The position numbers and the translations under genes are program-made. Source: a virus (lineage: Duplodnaviria > Caudoviricetes). From it: a DNA stretch of 55,347 nt. The notes under the pieces were generated by a model. That model saw nothing but the letters and a program-made list of their open reading frames with translations. It searched no databases and had not been told where the DNA came from. Positions 10,483 to 19,577 of this stretch are shown piece by piece (position 1 is the first letter of the stretch; each line of letters starts with the position of its first letter). The stretch spans positions 1 to 55,347 of IMG/VR virus record IMGVR_UViG_3300017988_000845, one strand, 5' to 3'.

Positions 10483-10766
10483 TGAAAACTGCTACGCTTG
10501 TGTTCATCGGAACGTTGCTTCTTTCAGCGTGCGCTCGTGCCGAAGGTCCTTCGTGTAATATCCCGACTGATCAACCGAAGGCACCGCCTGAAAAGTATTG
10601 TGTTATGCTTTCTGCTGAATCGCTCAGCCACACCGCTCGTCTCTATAATGCGGAGATAGCAACTGATACAGGGTTGATCCAAGATCTGAACGCCCAAATC
10701 AAGCCGCAGTTGCCGGAACCGCCGAAGGCCGCGAAGGCACCCGAACCGCCGAAGACGTCCCCGTGA
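10482..10766 (+). CDS. Small exported protein, possible lipoprotein with Pro-rich tail
   Basis: MKTATLVFIGTLLLSA|C lipobox-like; TAATG coupling with the upstream gene; GGAG RBS. Confidence 0.6.
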   Translation: MKTATLVFIGTLLLSACARAEGPSCNIPTDQPKAPPEKYCVMLSAESLSHTARLYNAEIATDTGLIQDLNAQIKPQLPEPPKAAKAPEPPKTSP

Positions 10767-10843
10767 ATTTCCTAACGTCGATCTTTCCCGCCGGAATGCC
10801 GGTGGTGCGCGGCTAAATTACTCTGATCCGGCATTAATCAATT

Positions 10844-11797
10844 TCAAGCATTCACATTGAAATCCGCCGATGAGAATGCGCTCGGCGACCAGGATGTGCT
10901 CGGTGGTGCTGTAATGGCGTCACCGGCTGTTACGCCGCCGTGCGTGTGCGTATCGAACGCTATTGATAGAGCATTGAGCGTTGCCATCAGCTTACTCACC
11001 AAGGCCAAGGCATCGCCACCACCATTCACCACGATCTTCCCGCCGCTGCCCAGGGTGATATCGACATTCCCGAAAGCATCCTGTTCTACGGTCGATCCAC
11101 CAAAAGCAAAGGTCGATGTCTGCCCGGGCGCTCCGGTGACCGTCAATGCGCCCGATGGGCCAATGACAAAAGTCGTTCCGTTAATGGCGATGGTGAAAGG
11201 ATTCGCGGTCGCTCCCGAAACAGTCACCGCGCCGGAAGCTGACACCGAGAATGTAATCCCACTTTTCGTTGCCAGAGTAATATTATAGGCGGACGGTGGT
11301 GTCGGGATACGATCGGCGGGGAGAAATGGAATCTTCTGGCGGTTCTGCCCAGAATCAACGGTATGCCGGTAAACCGTCGGCAGGGAGGTACCTGAGCCGA
11401 TAACCAGTGATGTTCCATCCGACCATTCTATCGCCTCATTTCCAGTGCCGTCGAGCAGACGCCACCATCCCGAAAAATGTGATTCGTAGTCGATGAATGG
11501 ATCGGTAGGCGCCGGCGCGCCGGATGTCGTGGTGGTGACAGCGTCAATGAAGGACGGCGGCATGGCGCACAGCCAAATGCCATTACGGTCATCCCCATAG
11601 GGGAAAGCGATCAATCCCCAAGTGCCGCGGCCCGGCATCGGGCGCTGGCTGACCCGCAACGCATCGAACACGCTGTGCCCCATCTTGACCGGGACGCCGA
11701 ATGACTGGAAACTGGTCCGGAGGACAATGGTAAGAAGCCGTTGCTCAGGATCCAGCGCCACCACCTGTCCGACAGTGAGAAGAGGGATACCGGTCAT
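10844..11797 (-). CDS. Baseplate central spike (gpV/gp5-like)
   Basis: N-terminal OB-fold-like segment (P.RGTWGLIAF..GD), beta-helix region and C-terminal metal-binding HTH motif (FDTHTHGGV). Confidence 0.8.
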   Translation of the reverse strand: MTGIPLLTVGQVVALDPEQRLLTIVLRTSFQSFGVPVKMGHSVFDALRVSQRPMPGRGTWGLIAFPYGDDRNGIWLCAMPPSFIDAVTTTTSGAPAPTDPFIDYESHFSGWWRLLDGTGNEAIEWSDGTSLVIGSGTSLPTVYRHTVDSGQNRQKIPFLPADRIPTPPSAYNITLATKSGITFSVSASGAVTVSGATANPFTIAINGTTFVIGPSGALTVTGAPGQTSTFAFGGSTVEQDAFGNVDITLGSGGKIVVNGGGDALALVSKLMATLNALSIAFDTHTHGGVTAGDAITAPPSTSWSPSAFSSADFNVNA

Positions 11798-12780
11798 GTT
11801 CTACATGCCTTATTGCGTCGCTCGATATAATACTCGGCAATATCGGGGATTGCGGCAAGCAAACATTCCTGCCATGTCGGGAATGTTTGATTTTCATGCC
11901 AACCGAAAGTTCTCTTGAACCGCGTATTATCCATTACGCTACAAGTAGGCCTTGGGCAAAGTGGAATATAATCCTCGAACCGCCATTCGTCGCCGCCGAA
12001 TATGTCAGCCAGCGCTCCCTGGATAAATGCCAATCGGTCCGTTGCCCCATCGGGCACAAGTCCATAGGTTCCACGCCCGGTGAACCAGTCCTCGGTACTC
12101 CATACACGGATCGTATCGAGGATCCGCAATATGGCATCGGCAACAAACCAAACAGATGTCGGAGTACAGCGCTGGCGCAGAATCGGTAAGGGATTAGCTT
12201 CTATGATACTGGGGCGGGAATATCCCAGTATTTCTTCACATAACTTTGCCGCATTCTCCAGCGGGGAGAGAGGACCAGTCCAAGTCTCATCGTAAATCGT
12301 CGACAGCCGTAAGATCAGATAATACAGACCATATTGAGCAACGGCCAATTCTCCGAGCATCTTGGTCCGGCCATAAACAGTGCGCGGCTTTGGGAAGTCA
12401 TACTCGGAGAAGCCTTCCCTGGCGCCGGGCGCGGTATCCGCGACGGCGTAGTCCGTGCTGAAATGAATCAACGGCAACGCCAGTTCTCGGCAAGCCGCCG
12501 CCAACCATCGTGGAAATTCGGCATTGACCGCCAGGGCCAAGGCCGGTTCCCGTTCACATCGTTCGATGTTGGTGATTGCCGCGGCATTGATGACCAACCC
12601 GAGACTATCGCAGGACTGGAATAGCGCGCCAAAGGCCCCCGCGCTGCATTCCGCGACATCGAATTCCTCGCGCGTTGGCGCAATCACCTCATACCCGGCG
12701 GCGCTGAGCGCTGTTCGCAATCGCCGACCGACCTTGCCGCTAGCGCCGAATAATAGCACGCGCAAAGCATCGTCGCTCAT
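11794..12780 (-). CDS. rmlD: NDP-4-keto-6-deoxyhexose reductase (RmlD family)
   Basis: LLFGASGKVG, VINAAA.T.IERCE, IHFSTDY, YGRTKMLGE. Confidence 0.9.
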   Translation of the reverse strand: MSDDALRVLLFGASGKVGRRLRTALSAAGYEVIAPTREEFDVAECSAGAFGALFQSCDSLGLVINAAAITNIERCEREPALALAVNAEFPRWLAAACRELALPLIHFSTDYAVADTAPGAREGFSEYDFPKPRTVYGRTKMLGELAVAQYGLYYLILRLSTIYDETWTGPLSPLENAAKLCEEILGYSRPSIIEANPLPILRQRCTPTSVWFVADAILRILDTIRVWSTEDWFTGRGTYGLVPDGATDRLAFIQGALADIFGGDEWRFEDYIPLCPRPTCSVMDNTRFKRTFGWHENQTFPTWQECLLAAIPDIAEYYIERRNKACRT

Positions 12781-13349
12781 GCGAAAAGCTCCGCATCACG
12801 CAGGAAAGGCGCCTTGCGGTCACGGTCCGAAAGAATCACATCCATCAAACAACTGCCACTGGCGGATGGACGTTTGCCGATCGGCCATCGAATACCGAGC
12901 GCCGGATCGTCCCATCGAATGGAACGCGCATTTTCCTCAGTATAGTAGGACGAACACTGGTAGGAGACGAGCGTGTCATCGGTCAACGACAAGAAGCCAT
13001 GGGCGAACCCGGGAGGTACCCACAAAGACTTGAGCGTGATGTCATCAAGATAGACACCGGCATACCCGCCAAAAGTCGGCGACGATTGACGAAGGTCGAC
13101 CGCCACGTCGAAAATACTGCCACGCAGGCAAGATACCAGCTTTCCTTGCGGATTCTTAATCTGATAATGCAGACCGCGGAGCACCCAGCGCTGGGAGAGA
13201 CTGACATTGCCCTGGACGAATTCGTCAAGCCCTTTACACTCGATTAATTTGCTTGTCCTATGGGTCTCCAAGAAGTACCCTCGGTTGTCTCGGTATACAT
13301 CTGGAGTAATGAGGACCACGTCCTCGATCGCCAGTTTTTTGATGTGCAT
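12777..13349 (-). CDS. rmlC: dTDP-4-dehydrorhamnose 3,5-epimerase
   Basis: DNRGYFLE, VLRGLHYQ, QGKLV, VAVDLR..SPTFG, VPPGFAHGF, IRWDDP. Confidence 0.95.
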   Translation of the reverse strand: MHIKKLAIEDVVLITPDVYRDNRGYFLETHRTSKLIECKGLDEFVQGNVSLSQRWVLRGLHYQIKNPQGKLVSCLRGSIFDVAVDLRQSSPTFGGYAGVYLDDITLKSLWVPPGFAHGFLSLTDDTLVSYQCSSYYTEENARSIRWDDPALGIRWPIGKRPSASGSCLMDVILSDRDRKAPFLRDAELFA

Positions 13350-13370
13350 CAACAATCACCTGGAGCGAGT

Positions 13371-14339
13371 ATGACAAAAAAGATCCTGGTCGCCGGTGGC
13401 GGCGGCTATGTCGGAACCTCTCTTGCCCCAGCCCTCGCGGCGCGCGGCCATGACGTTAAAGTAGCCGATCTATTTTGGTTCGGCAATCACCTTCCGCACG
13501 AAATCGCTACGGAAAAACATGATTTCTTTTCCCTGACGCCCGATGACCTTTCTGGATTCGACGTTCTTGTGTTTCTTGCGGGGCTGTCGAACGATCCGAT
13601 GGCGGCTTTCTCACCACGAATGAACTTCATCGCCAACACCGCGGGTCCGGTGTTTCTCGCTCATCAGGCAAAGACCGCTGGCGTGCGACGATTCATTCAC
13701 GGCGGCACCTGCTCAGTTTATGGATTCGCCGACAATACGGCAATGAACGAAGATTCCCCGACCATGCCGGCATTCCCCTACGGCGTCTCCAAGCTGGCCG
13801 GGGAACGCGGAGTTCTCGCCCTGGCGGATGACAAGTTCGAAGTCGTTGGATTCCGCAAAGGCACCGTCTGTGGGCATTCGCCTCGAATGCGTTTTGACCT
13901 CGTCGTCAACGCCATGGTCAAGGATGCTTTCACCAAGGGCGCTATAGCAGTCGACGATCCCGCGCTATGGCGCCCGATCCTTTCCGTCGATGATTGCGTC
14001 CATGCCTATATCCAGGCCACCGAGGGAGATTCCGGGCAACAGGGCATATTCAATGTCGGCTCGGTCAATATCCAAATCGGTGCGCTTGCAACACAAGTCG
14101 CGCTCGTTCTTACCGACGAATATGGGCTGCGACCCGATGTCATTACGCTTGGTCGTGCCAATCCCCGTAGCTATCGCGTGAGTTGGCACAGGGCATCGGC
14201 AATCTTGGGGTATACGCCATTCGACGGTATTGCCGAAATCGTCCGGTCAATCGCCGATCGGATCAAGATTTATGGTGATCTGGAAGACAGGACCTACTAC
14301 AATATAAGGACATTCAAGCATCTTGGCGTAGGTGCTTGA
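13371..14339 (+). CDS. NAD-dependent nucleotide-sugar epimerase/dehydratase (extended SDR)
   Basis: Start re-called at 13371 (GGAG RBS). GGGGYVG, LAGLSNDP, CSVYG, YGVSK, RMRFDLVVN, WRP. Confidence 0.9.
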   Translation: MTKKILVAGGGGYVGTSLAPALAARGHDVKVADLFWFGNHLPHEIATEKHDFFSLTPDDLSGFDVLVFLAGLSNDPMAAFSPRMNFIANTAGPVFLAHQAKTAGVRRFIHGGTCSVYGFADNTAMNEDSPTMPAFPYGVSKLAGERGVLALADDKFEVVGFRKGTVCGHSPRMRFDLVVNAMVKDAFTKGAIAVDDPALWRPILSVDDCVHAYIQATEGDSGQQGIFNVGSVNIQIGALATQVALVLTDEYGLRPDVITLGRANPRSYRVSWHRASAILGYTPFDGIAEIVRSIADRIKIYGDLEDRTYYNIRTFKHLGVGA

Positions 14340-14349
14340 GACAGAGGAA

Positions 14350-14467
14350 CATTTATCTCTGCGGCGATGTGGAAGGACACATCTCTGTAGGCCCCTCCAA
14401 GGTGGGAATGGGATTCCCGTGGCGTCAAGTGGGAGTCGGTATCAAGCCCGACCCGCAGAGATAAATG
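14350..14467 (+). ncRNA. Candidate tRNA-like structured RNA
   Basis: A 15-bp perfect closing stem (14350-14364/14453-14467) encloses the hairpins GATGTG-gaagga-CACATC and GTCGG-tatcaagc-CCGAC; the latter abuts the closing stem. Confidence 0.5.
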
Positions 14468-14493
14468 AATTCATAACCCGTGAGGAGATTCTA

Positions 14494-14685
14494 ATGCCCA
14501 GCAAATATTGGATGGTTCACAACACATCGGGGAATGCGCCAACCAAGACACATTCGACAATTGAAGAAGCCAAGGCGGAAGCTGGCCGACTGGCGGCGAA
14601 GAACGTCGGAGCGACATTCGTCGTTCTGGAAGCCATAGCTTATGTCGAAGTCGCGTTGCCGCCGCTCGATTGGAAGACATTGTAA
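14494..14685 (+). CDS. Small phage protein
   Basis: GAGGAG RBS; 63 aa; PTKTH.TIEEAKAEAGRLA...FVVLEA pattern seen in small phage proteins. Confidence 0.7.
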   Translation: MPSKYWMVHNTSGNAPTKTHSTIEEAKAEAGRLAAKNVGATFVVLEAIAYVEVALPPLDWKTL

Positions 14686-14847
14686 ATAGGCAGAAAAGTT
14701 ACGTGGTCGGGCACATTCCAACAGCGGACAAGCGCAGCCGCTGCGAAGCCCGGGATGTCGGACCTGAGGTTCCACGATGAATCACATGCCGCAGGGATCC
14801 GATCAACTCTGTGCCCGTAATGGGAAAGAGAAATCCTGGGAATGCGC

Positions 14848-16533
14848 CTACGGTGTTTGTGGCGTGATATACGCCTGGCCAAGAGACTGGAAAAACGTCT
14901 GAAACGTCGAAATATTCAGAGACGATAGGCCTGATGCGGATCCGGCCGGCAGACCAACGACATATTCGCCATTCTGCCGCATGGCGTTGCCGACATGCGC
15001 ATTGAACAACACGCCGGCCGTTGAAGAATCACCATCATAAACACTAGTCGGCAATCCACGCGCCAATGTCAACGTCGTCGTTGAAGGACCGCCAAAGATA
15101 TAGTGCTGACGAACTCCCGGAAGATAGAAATCCCAGGATAGATCATCCTTGAATGGTTGATAACGAAACTTTCCGCCGGGGTAGATATCGGGGCGTAACG
15201 GTAGCGTCACTTCTCCACGCGCCATAAGCGGTTCCGCTTCGTGCCAACTGGCTAACCGGGACAATAGTGTCGCTGAAAGCTGCGCTTGCCCAGGAATGCC
15301 GCTCACCCGTCCGCCCTGGGCCACGGCACCTGTCCGATCGGCCATCCAGCTCAATGCTCCATCCGCTGGACGGAATCCATAACGGCGAATCGAGGCGGCA
15401 TCACCGGCCGAGGCGAAACTGATGATGGCCGGTTGAATATTACCGTTCGTCGAGCCAAACTTGCCGTCATTCCAGGTTGGATTGATCGTATAGAAATTCC
15501 GTCCCCCTTCATCGGCGAACTCGACGACGTTACTAAGGAATCCAATACCGCTCTCCGGCGCATACAACGACAAGGCTTGCCAAGCCGGCATGCTCATCCC
15601 GGTAAAGGTGACTTGGCTTGGATTCGATGCAGTCGCCGTTAGAGTCGGAACCGGATTGATACGAGCGACAAGTGTTGGCGATGCTGTAACCATGGATCCG
15701 AGACCGCGTGTGGCAAAGGCATAACCGGAAAGTGTTGTGGAATAAGTCGCCCCGGATGCTTGGTAGAAATTCGCCGGTGCAGTCGTCACGAAGAATTCGT
15801 ACCACGGGTGCGGGAAAATCAGGTTGAATTTATCGTACCAGGATCCTTCGGTTCCAATAAAATTCTCCCCGTTCGGAATATATATATCATATTGTTCAAA
15901 AACTGCCGCCATTGCTTGCGGGAAGGTCACCTTGCCTCCGGCATAAGGCACAAATGCCTGCGACAAAACACCCGAAGGGCCTGCCATGATACCGGCGGCG
16001 CCGTTGATCCCATTGAACCATGCGGCGCCAGCCATTCCTGGATCACCCGTATTATAAGCGGCACCAAGAACACTGATCGCTTCGGCCTGCCCGGTTGGCG
16101 ACGTCGGCAAAAACCCATTGCCTGTCGCCGCGATGTACCACAGAGCGTAAAATGTGGACTGGCGGAAGAACTGCGCGAAATCATGCCCCTGGATAATGAT
16201 CGCCCGATGTACCGAAGACCCGGAAACCCAGTCCTGACTTTCAAAAACCCGGCTAACGATGCCGACCATCGGGATGCCGGCCGAATCGCCGCGGCGCATA
16301 CCAATGATCACCAAAGAATAGGGCGTAATCACCTTCGTCCAGGATGGCGGCTGATTGGCCCCTGCCGGACCGCCAGGGGCCAATCGAATCTCGAACGATC
16401 CGCTGGCATTGTCGAATATATTCTTCTCGGTGACGAGTTCTATAACCTGCGCGCCCGTGATCGTGTAGGTTCCACCCTCATATGGATAGATATCGACATA
16501 ACAGAGCGGGGTATTGACAGCGGCGGTGGTCAT
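14848..16533 (-). CDS. Baseplate hub / tail protein
   Basis: Follows the tape measure gene. SGSFEIRL, IIIQGHDF, IRRYGFR, FYLPGVRQHY..TTLTLARG are hub-like features. Confidence 0.7.
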   Translation of the reverse strand: MTTAAVNTPLCYVDIYPYEGGTYTITGAQVIELVTEKNIFDNASGSFEIRLAPGGPAGANQPPSWTKVITPYSLVIIGMRRGDSAGIPMVGIVSRVFESQDWVSGSSVHRAIIIQGHDFAQFFRQSTFYALWYIAATGNGFLPTSPTGQAEAISVLGAAYNTGDPGMAGAAWFNGINGAAGIMAGPSGVLSQAFVPYAGGKVTFPQAMAAVFEQYDIYIPNGENFIGTEGSWYDKFNLIFPHPWYEFFVTTAPANFYQASGATYSTTLSGYAFATRGLGSMVTASPTLVARINPVPTLTATASNPSQVTFTGMSMPAWQALSLYAPESGIGFLSNVVEFADEGGRNFYTINPTWNDGKFGSTNGNIQPAIISFASAGDAASIRRYGFRPADGALSWMADRTGAVAQGGRVSGIPGQAQLSATLLSRLASWHEAEPLMARGEVTLPLRPDIYPGGKFRYQPFKDDLSWDFYLPGVRQHYIFGGPSTTTLTLARGLPTSVYDGDSSTAGVLFNAHVGNAMRQNGEYVVGLPAGSASGLSSLNISTFQTFFQSLGQAYITPQTP

Positions 16534-16537
16534 GGCA

Positions 16538-18847
16538 TCACTGATGTTGAGCCTGCGGCCCGGCTAAATGCCGCGCGCCGCCTTGCCACCGGGTTTCCGG
16601 AGCGGCTTTGTTCTGCAATGTTCTAAGGAAATTTCCAAGTGCGCTTGTCGCCGCGACGACTGCGGGCGTGAAATTCTCCAACGCGGTCTTGGCACCGGAC
16701 AATGTACTTTCATAAGCTTGAAGTTCCGGCCCGGCAACGCCCGGCGGTAATGATGGAGCATTGGTCATGTCGAACCGACTCGACATGCCTTGCGAGCGCG
16801 CATAAGAATCGGTGATCTTGTTGATGTAGCTCGTTGGATCCTTTGTTCTGAATCCGCCGTAACGGGTCAACGCCGCCGACAAATCACCACCGGAGTCCTG
16901 AAGATATTTCGATAGGATATCGGCGCCGGCATCTATATTGGCTTGCGCGGATGCTCCCGCCCCCGGATAAGCGGATAGGTTGGAAGGCATCAATTGCATC
17001 AAGCCAAAGGCGCCCGTCTTACGGTTCTTCGCTCGAACATCGAAATTGGATTCAACCTGGGCCACTCTGGAAAGCAGCAAAGGATCAAGATTATACTTCT
17101 GCCCGGCCGCGATAAATTTCGCCACCAATTCCGCTGGAACACCAGCCATCATGGATTTGTAATCGATGTTGGCCTTATACCCATACTTTCCGGCCTGATT
17201 GACACCTCCACCAGCCGCATATTGGTATGCGGCTCTAGTCCCCATGCCCGTGACCATGCCCTGGATCGTGGCATTCAGGTAGGATTGCCCTCCGGTCATT
17301 GACGGAATGGCCGGTGCTGTCACTTCGGCAATACGTGCCGGATTGGCCGACATCAATTGTGAGGTAGCCAGATTGATCGCCAGCGGATAATTGCCAGCCT
17401 TCGCCGCAGCGGTAATATCCTTGACGACACGCCCGCGGACGCCAGGATCAATGGCATTCCACGCCTGTTCGCCAACCATGTTGCGAACACCCTTTTCGGT
17501 GCGCAGCATGTCATATTTCGGAAGTTGCGAGGTAAGCGCCCAAGATGCGATGGAATTTCCATAAATATTTCCCGTCGTCGCTTGCATGCCCGCTAATGCC
17601 GTCGCCGCCGTCTCACCAGTCCGACCTCCCGGAGTTCCCGCCGCCATGAACCTGGAGAACAGGCCAAGGACAGATGTCTGCGATATGCCGAGCGCACCAG
17701 TCTTGGCCAACATGTCGATCGAGGCTTCAATATTGCCCAGCACCTTGGAACGATCCATGCCCATCGCCTGGGCGCGTTCCATGATGCCAGTAAATCCAGA
17801 GAGGTACCCCTGCGCTCCACCGGGCGTATTCTTTGCCAACCCATACCCAGCACCCTGGCGCGCGATCTCCTGCGCTATGGTTGGCCCCATACCGGACAGG
17901 CCCCGAGATAGATTGGCCCGCTCGAAAACTTCGGGCATACGGCGGAGGAGATCAACCGATGACGCTGGCGCGATACCATAGGCCTGCAATCCAGCCATCG
18001 CCTTCTCAGGCGTCAACCGCAAGGCCTTCATCCACTCCAGTCCCTGCGTACTGCCTCCGCCTGGGAAAAACCCCTTGGCGATTCCCTTTCCACCAATTCC
18101 CATCCGCCTGGCGAATTCATATGCCGAAGTGGCCATCTCCGTATAGGGTGCGGCCATGCCCAAGACGCCACGGGTCAACTGCCCAGGCAACATCGGCGCT
18201 TCGACGGCGCCGGCGATCAATTCGAGAATAAGACGAGCCTGCGGAGGCAACGGAAGCATGGCCGCCAATAGCCCCATCCGTCCACTGCCACGCCCCCCGC
18301 CGCGTCCGCCACCGTCCTCCGTTGGTTGTGCTTCCTGCTTCGCCCGATCGCGATCAGCGTTGATCCATGATTGCATGGTAACGGCGGCAGCGGCTTGCTT
18401 CTTGCGATAGGCTGATCGATCCTGCGCCGCCGCGCGACGGGTTTGCGTCGCTTCAGCACGGGCGGCGCGCTCCCGCTCCTGATCAGCCCGCTGCTGTTCC
18501 CGCAAAGACCGTAACCGTGCCCGATCCTCAGCATCTGCCGCGGTCTTCAATCGACGAAGTTGCTGTGGCGTAAGCTGTGACATGGGGCCATCCGGCCCCA
18601 TGATGACCTGACTGCTCCGTAGATTTCGCACAGCGTTGCGAGCATCCTTGGCCAGTTCGCGGTCATATTTTTCGATATCTCGCTGAACAGACCGATGCAG
18701 ACGCTCTTGGGACTGGCGTTGCGCCGCCGACATGTCGATCCATGATTGCATAGTCGCGGTGGCCGACGCCTCGCGCTGTTTCAGCGTTGGTTCTTTCGGT
18801 TGACCTCCGCCTTTTCCACCTGCACCACTGATCTTGATCGTAGGCAC
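16538..18847 (-). CDS. Tape measure protein with C-terminal lytic transglycosylase (SLT) domain
   Basis: Helical Ala/Gly/Arg-rich body; LDP.LL..VAQVESNF...GAFGLMQLMP...ALTRY is the SLT signature. Confidence 0.85.
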   Translation of the reverse strand: MPTIKISGAGGKGGGQPKEPTLKQREASATATMQSWIDMSAAQRQSQERLHRSVQRDIEKYDRELAKDARNAVRNLRSSQVIMGPDGPMSQLTPQQLRRLKTAADAEDRARLRSLREQQRADQERERAARAEATQTRRAAAQDRSAYRKKQAAAAVTMQSWINADRDRAKQEAQPTEDGGGRGGGRGSGRMGLLAAMLPLPPQARLILELIAGAVEAPMLPGQLTRGVLGMAAPYTEMATSAYEFARRMGIGGKGIAKGFFPGGGSTQGLEWMKALRLTPEKAMAGLQAYGIAPASSVDLLRRMPEVFERANLSRGLSGMGPTIAQEIARQGAGYGLAKNTPGGAQGYLSGFTGIMERAQAMGMDRSKVLGNIEASIDMLAKTGALGISQTSVLGLFSRFMAAGTPGGRTGETAATALAGMQATTGNIYGNSIASWALTSQLPKYDMLRTEKGVRNMVGEQAWNAIDPGVRGRVVKDITAAAKAGNYPLAINLATSQLMSANPARIAEVTAPAIPSMTGGQSYLNATIQGMVTGMGTRAAYQYAAGGGVNQAGKYGYKANIDYKSMMAGVPAELVAKFIAAGQKYNLDPLLLSRVAQVESNFDVRAKNRKTGAFGLMQLMPSNLSAYPGAGASAQANIDAGADILSKYLQDSGGDLSAALTRYGGFRTKDPTSYINKITDSYARSQGMSSRFDMTNAPSLPPGVAGPELQAYESTLSGAKTALENFTPAVVAATSALGNFLRTLQNKAAPETRWQGGARHLAGPQAQHQ

Positions 18848-18850
18848 GGT

Positions 18851-19225
18851 CTACTTCCTCTTCGATGCCGGCCCCATCTTGATGGTCGGTTTCGTCCTTT
18901 TCTCGCGCTCCCGCAGAACGCGTAAAACCGCCTCGCCGGGAAGACGAGACTTCATCATGTCATCCTTGGCGGAGCCGAGCAATACCCGCTCCCATTCAGC
19001 CTCGACCCGAGACCTTGGTAGCGCTATGCTCTTACCGGGACGTTGGAACGTCGCCGATTCAGGATTCTCCTCGGCATACATCTCCATGATGAAGTCGAGT
19101 TGAGCTTCGGTGTGACTGAGCAGGACAGGATCGAAGGGCGAAATTCCACCCAGAATCCTACTTACCTGCCAGAGCTTCCGCCCCAGCGGGTGCGACGTCG
19201 GTAGCCCCCGCGCCACGAAAGGAAG
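18851..19225 (-). CDS. Tail assembly chaperone, gpT-like (probably expressed by frameshift)
   Basis: Overlaps the 3' end of the upstream chaperone in the +1 frame, lacks a good own RBS, and lies directly before the tape measure gene. Confidence 0.65.
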   Translation of the reverse strand, partial: LPFVARGLPTSHPLGRKLWQVSRILGGISPFDPVLLSHTEAQLDFIMEMYAEENPESATFQRPGKSIALPRSRVEAEWERVLLGSAKDDMMKSRLPGEAVLRVLREREKRTKPTIKMGPASKRK

Positions 19226-19577
19226 TCAGCGCTTCGCGAAACTTTCCATAAGCATCCGAAAGTTCGTCAATCTTATCCGGAGGAAATTTCGACGAATCGA
19301 CAACCGGCGTTCCTTGCGCCGTCTTGTTGAAAACCCAATTGGCCGACGACCGGCGCAAAAACGTTTCAAACGCCGCGCAGACTTCGAGATAAAAGAACGT
19401 CGTATTATCGAGTCCGAACAACGTGCTCGATCCCGAAATCGTCTGCAACAAGAACCGCATTTGCGCGCCATGCTTGATCTCATCATGCACGGTCGGAATC
19501 GCAAAAACGTATTTGTTCCCTCTGCTTTCGACCTCGATTTCAGTCTGCAGAAGATTGATACTATTCTGTTCGGTCAT
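19158..19577 (-). CDS. Tail assembly chaperone, gpG-like
   Basis: 139 aa, GAGGTGG RBS, located between the tube and tape measure genes. Confidence 0.7.
   Translation of the reverse strand: MTEQNSINLLQTEIEVESRGNKYVFAIPTVHDEIKHGAQMRFLLQTISGSSTLFGLDNTTFFYLEVCAAFETFLRRSSANWVFNKTAQGTPVVDSSKFPPDKIDELSDAYGKFREALTSFRGAGATDVAPAGAEALAGK

Noticed and set aside
10195-10766. Spanin pair
   Set aside because: A lipobox-like Pro-rich ORF is present, but the partner lacks a long coiled coil and no endolysin or holin is adjacent.
14700-14820. Second structured RNA between convergent genes
   Set aside because: Only short stems (8 bp CGGGCACA/TGTGCCCG and 6 bp) in GC-rich DNA, not distinguishable from chance by eye.
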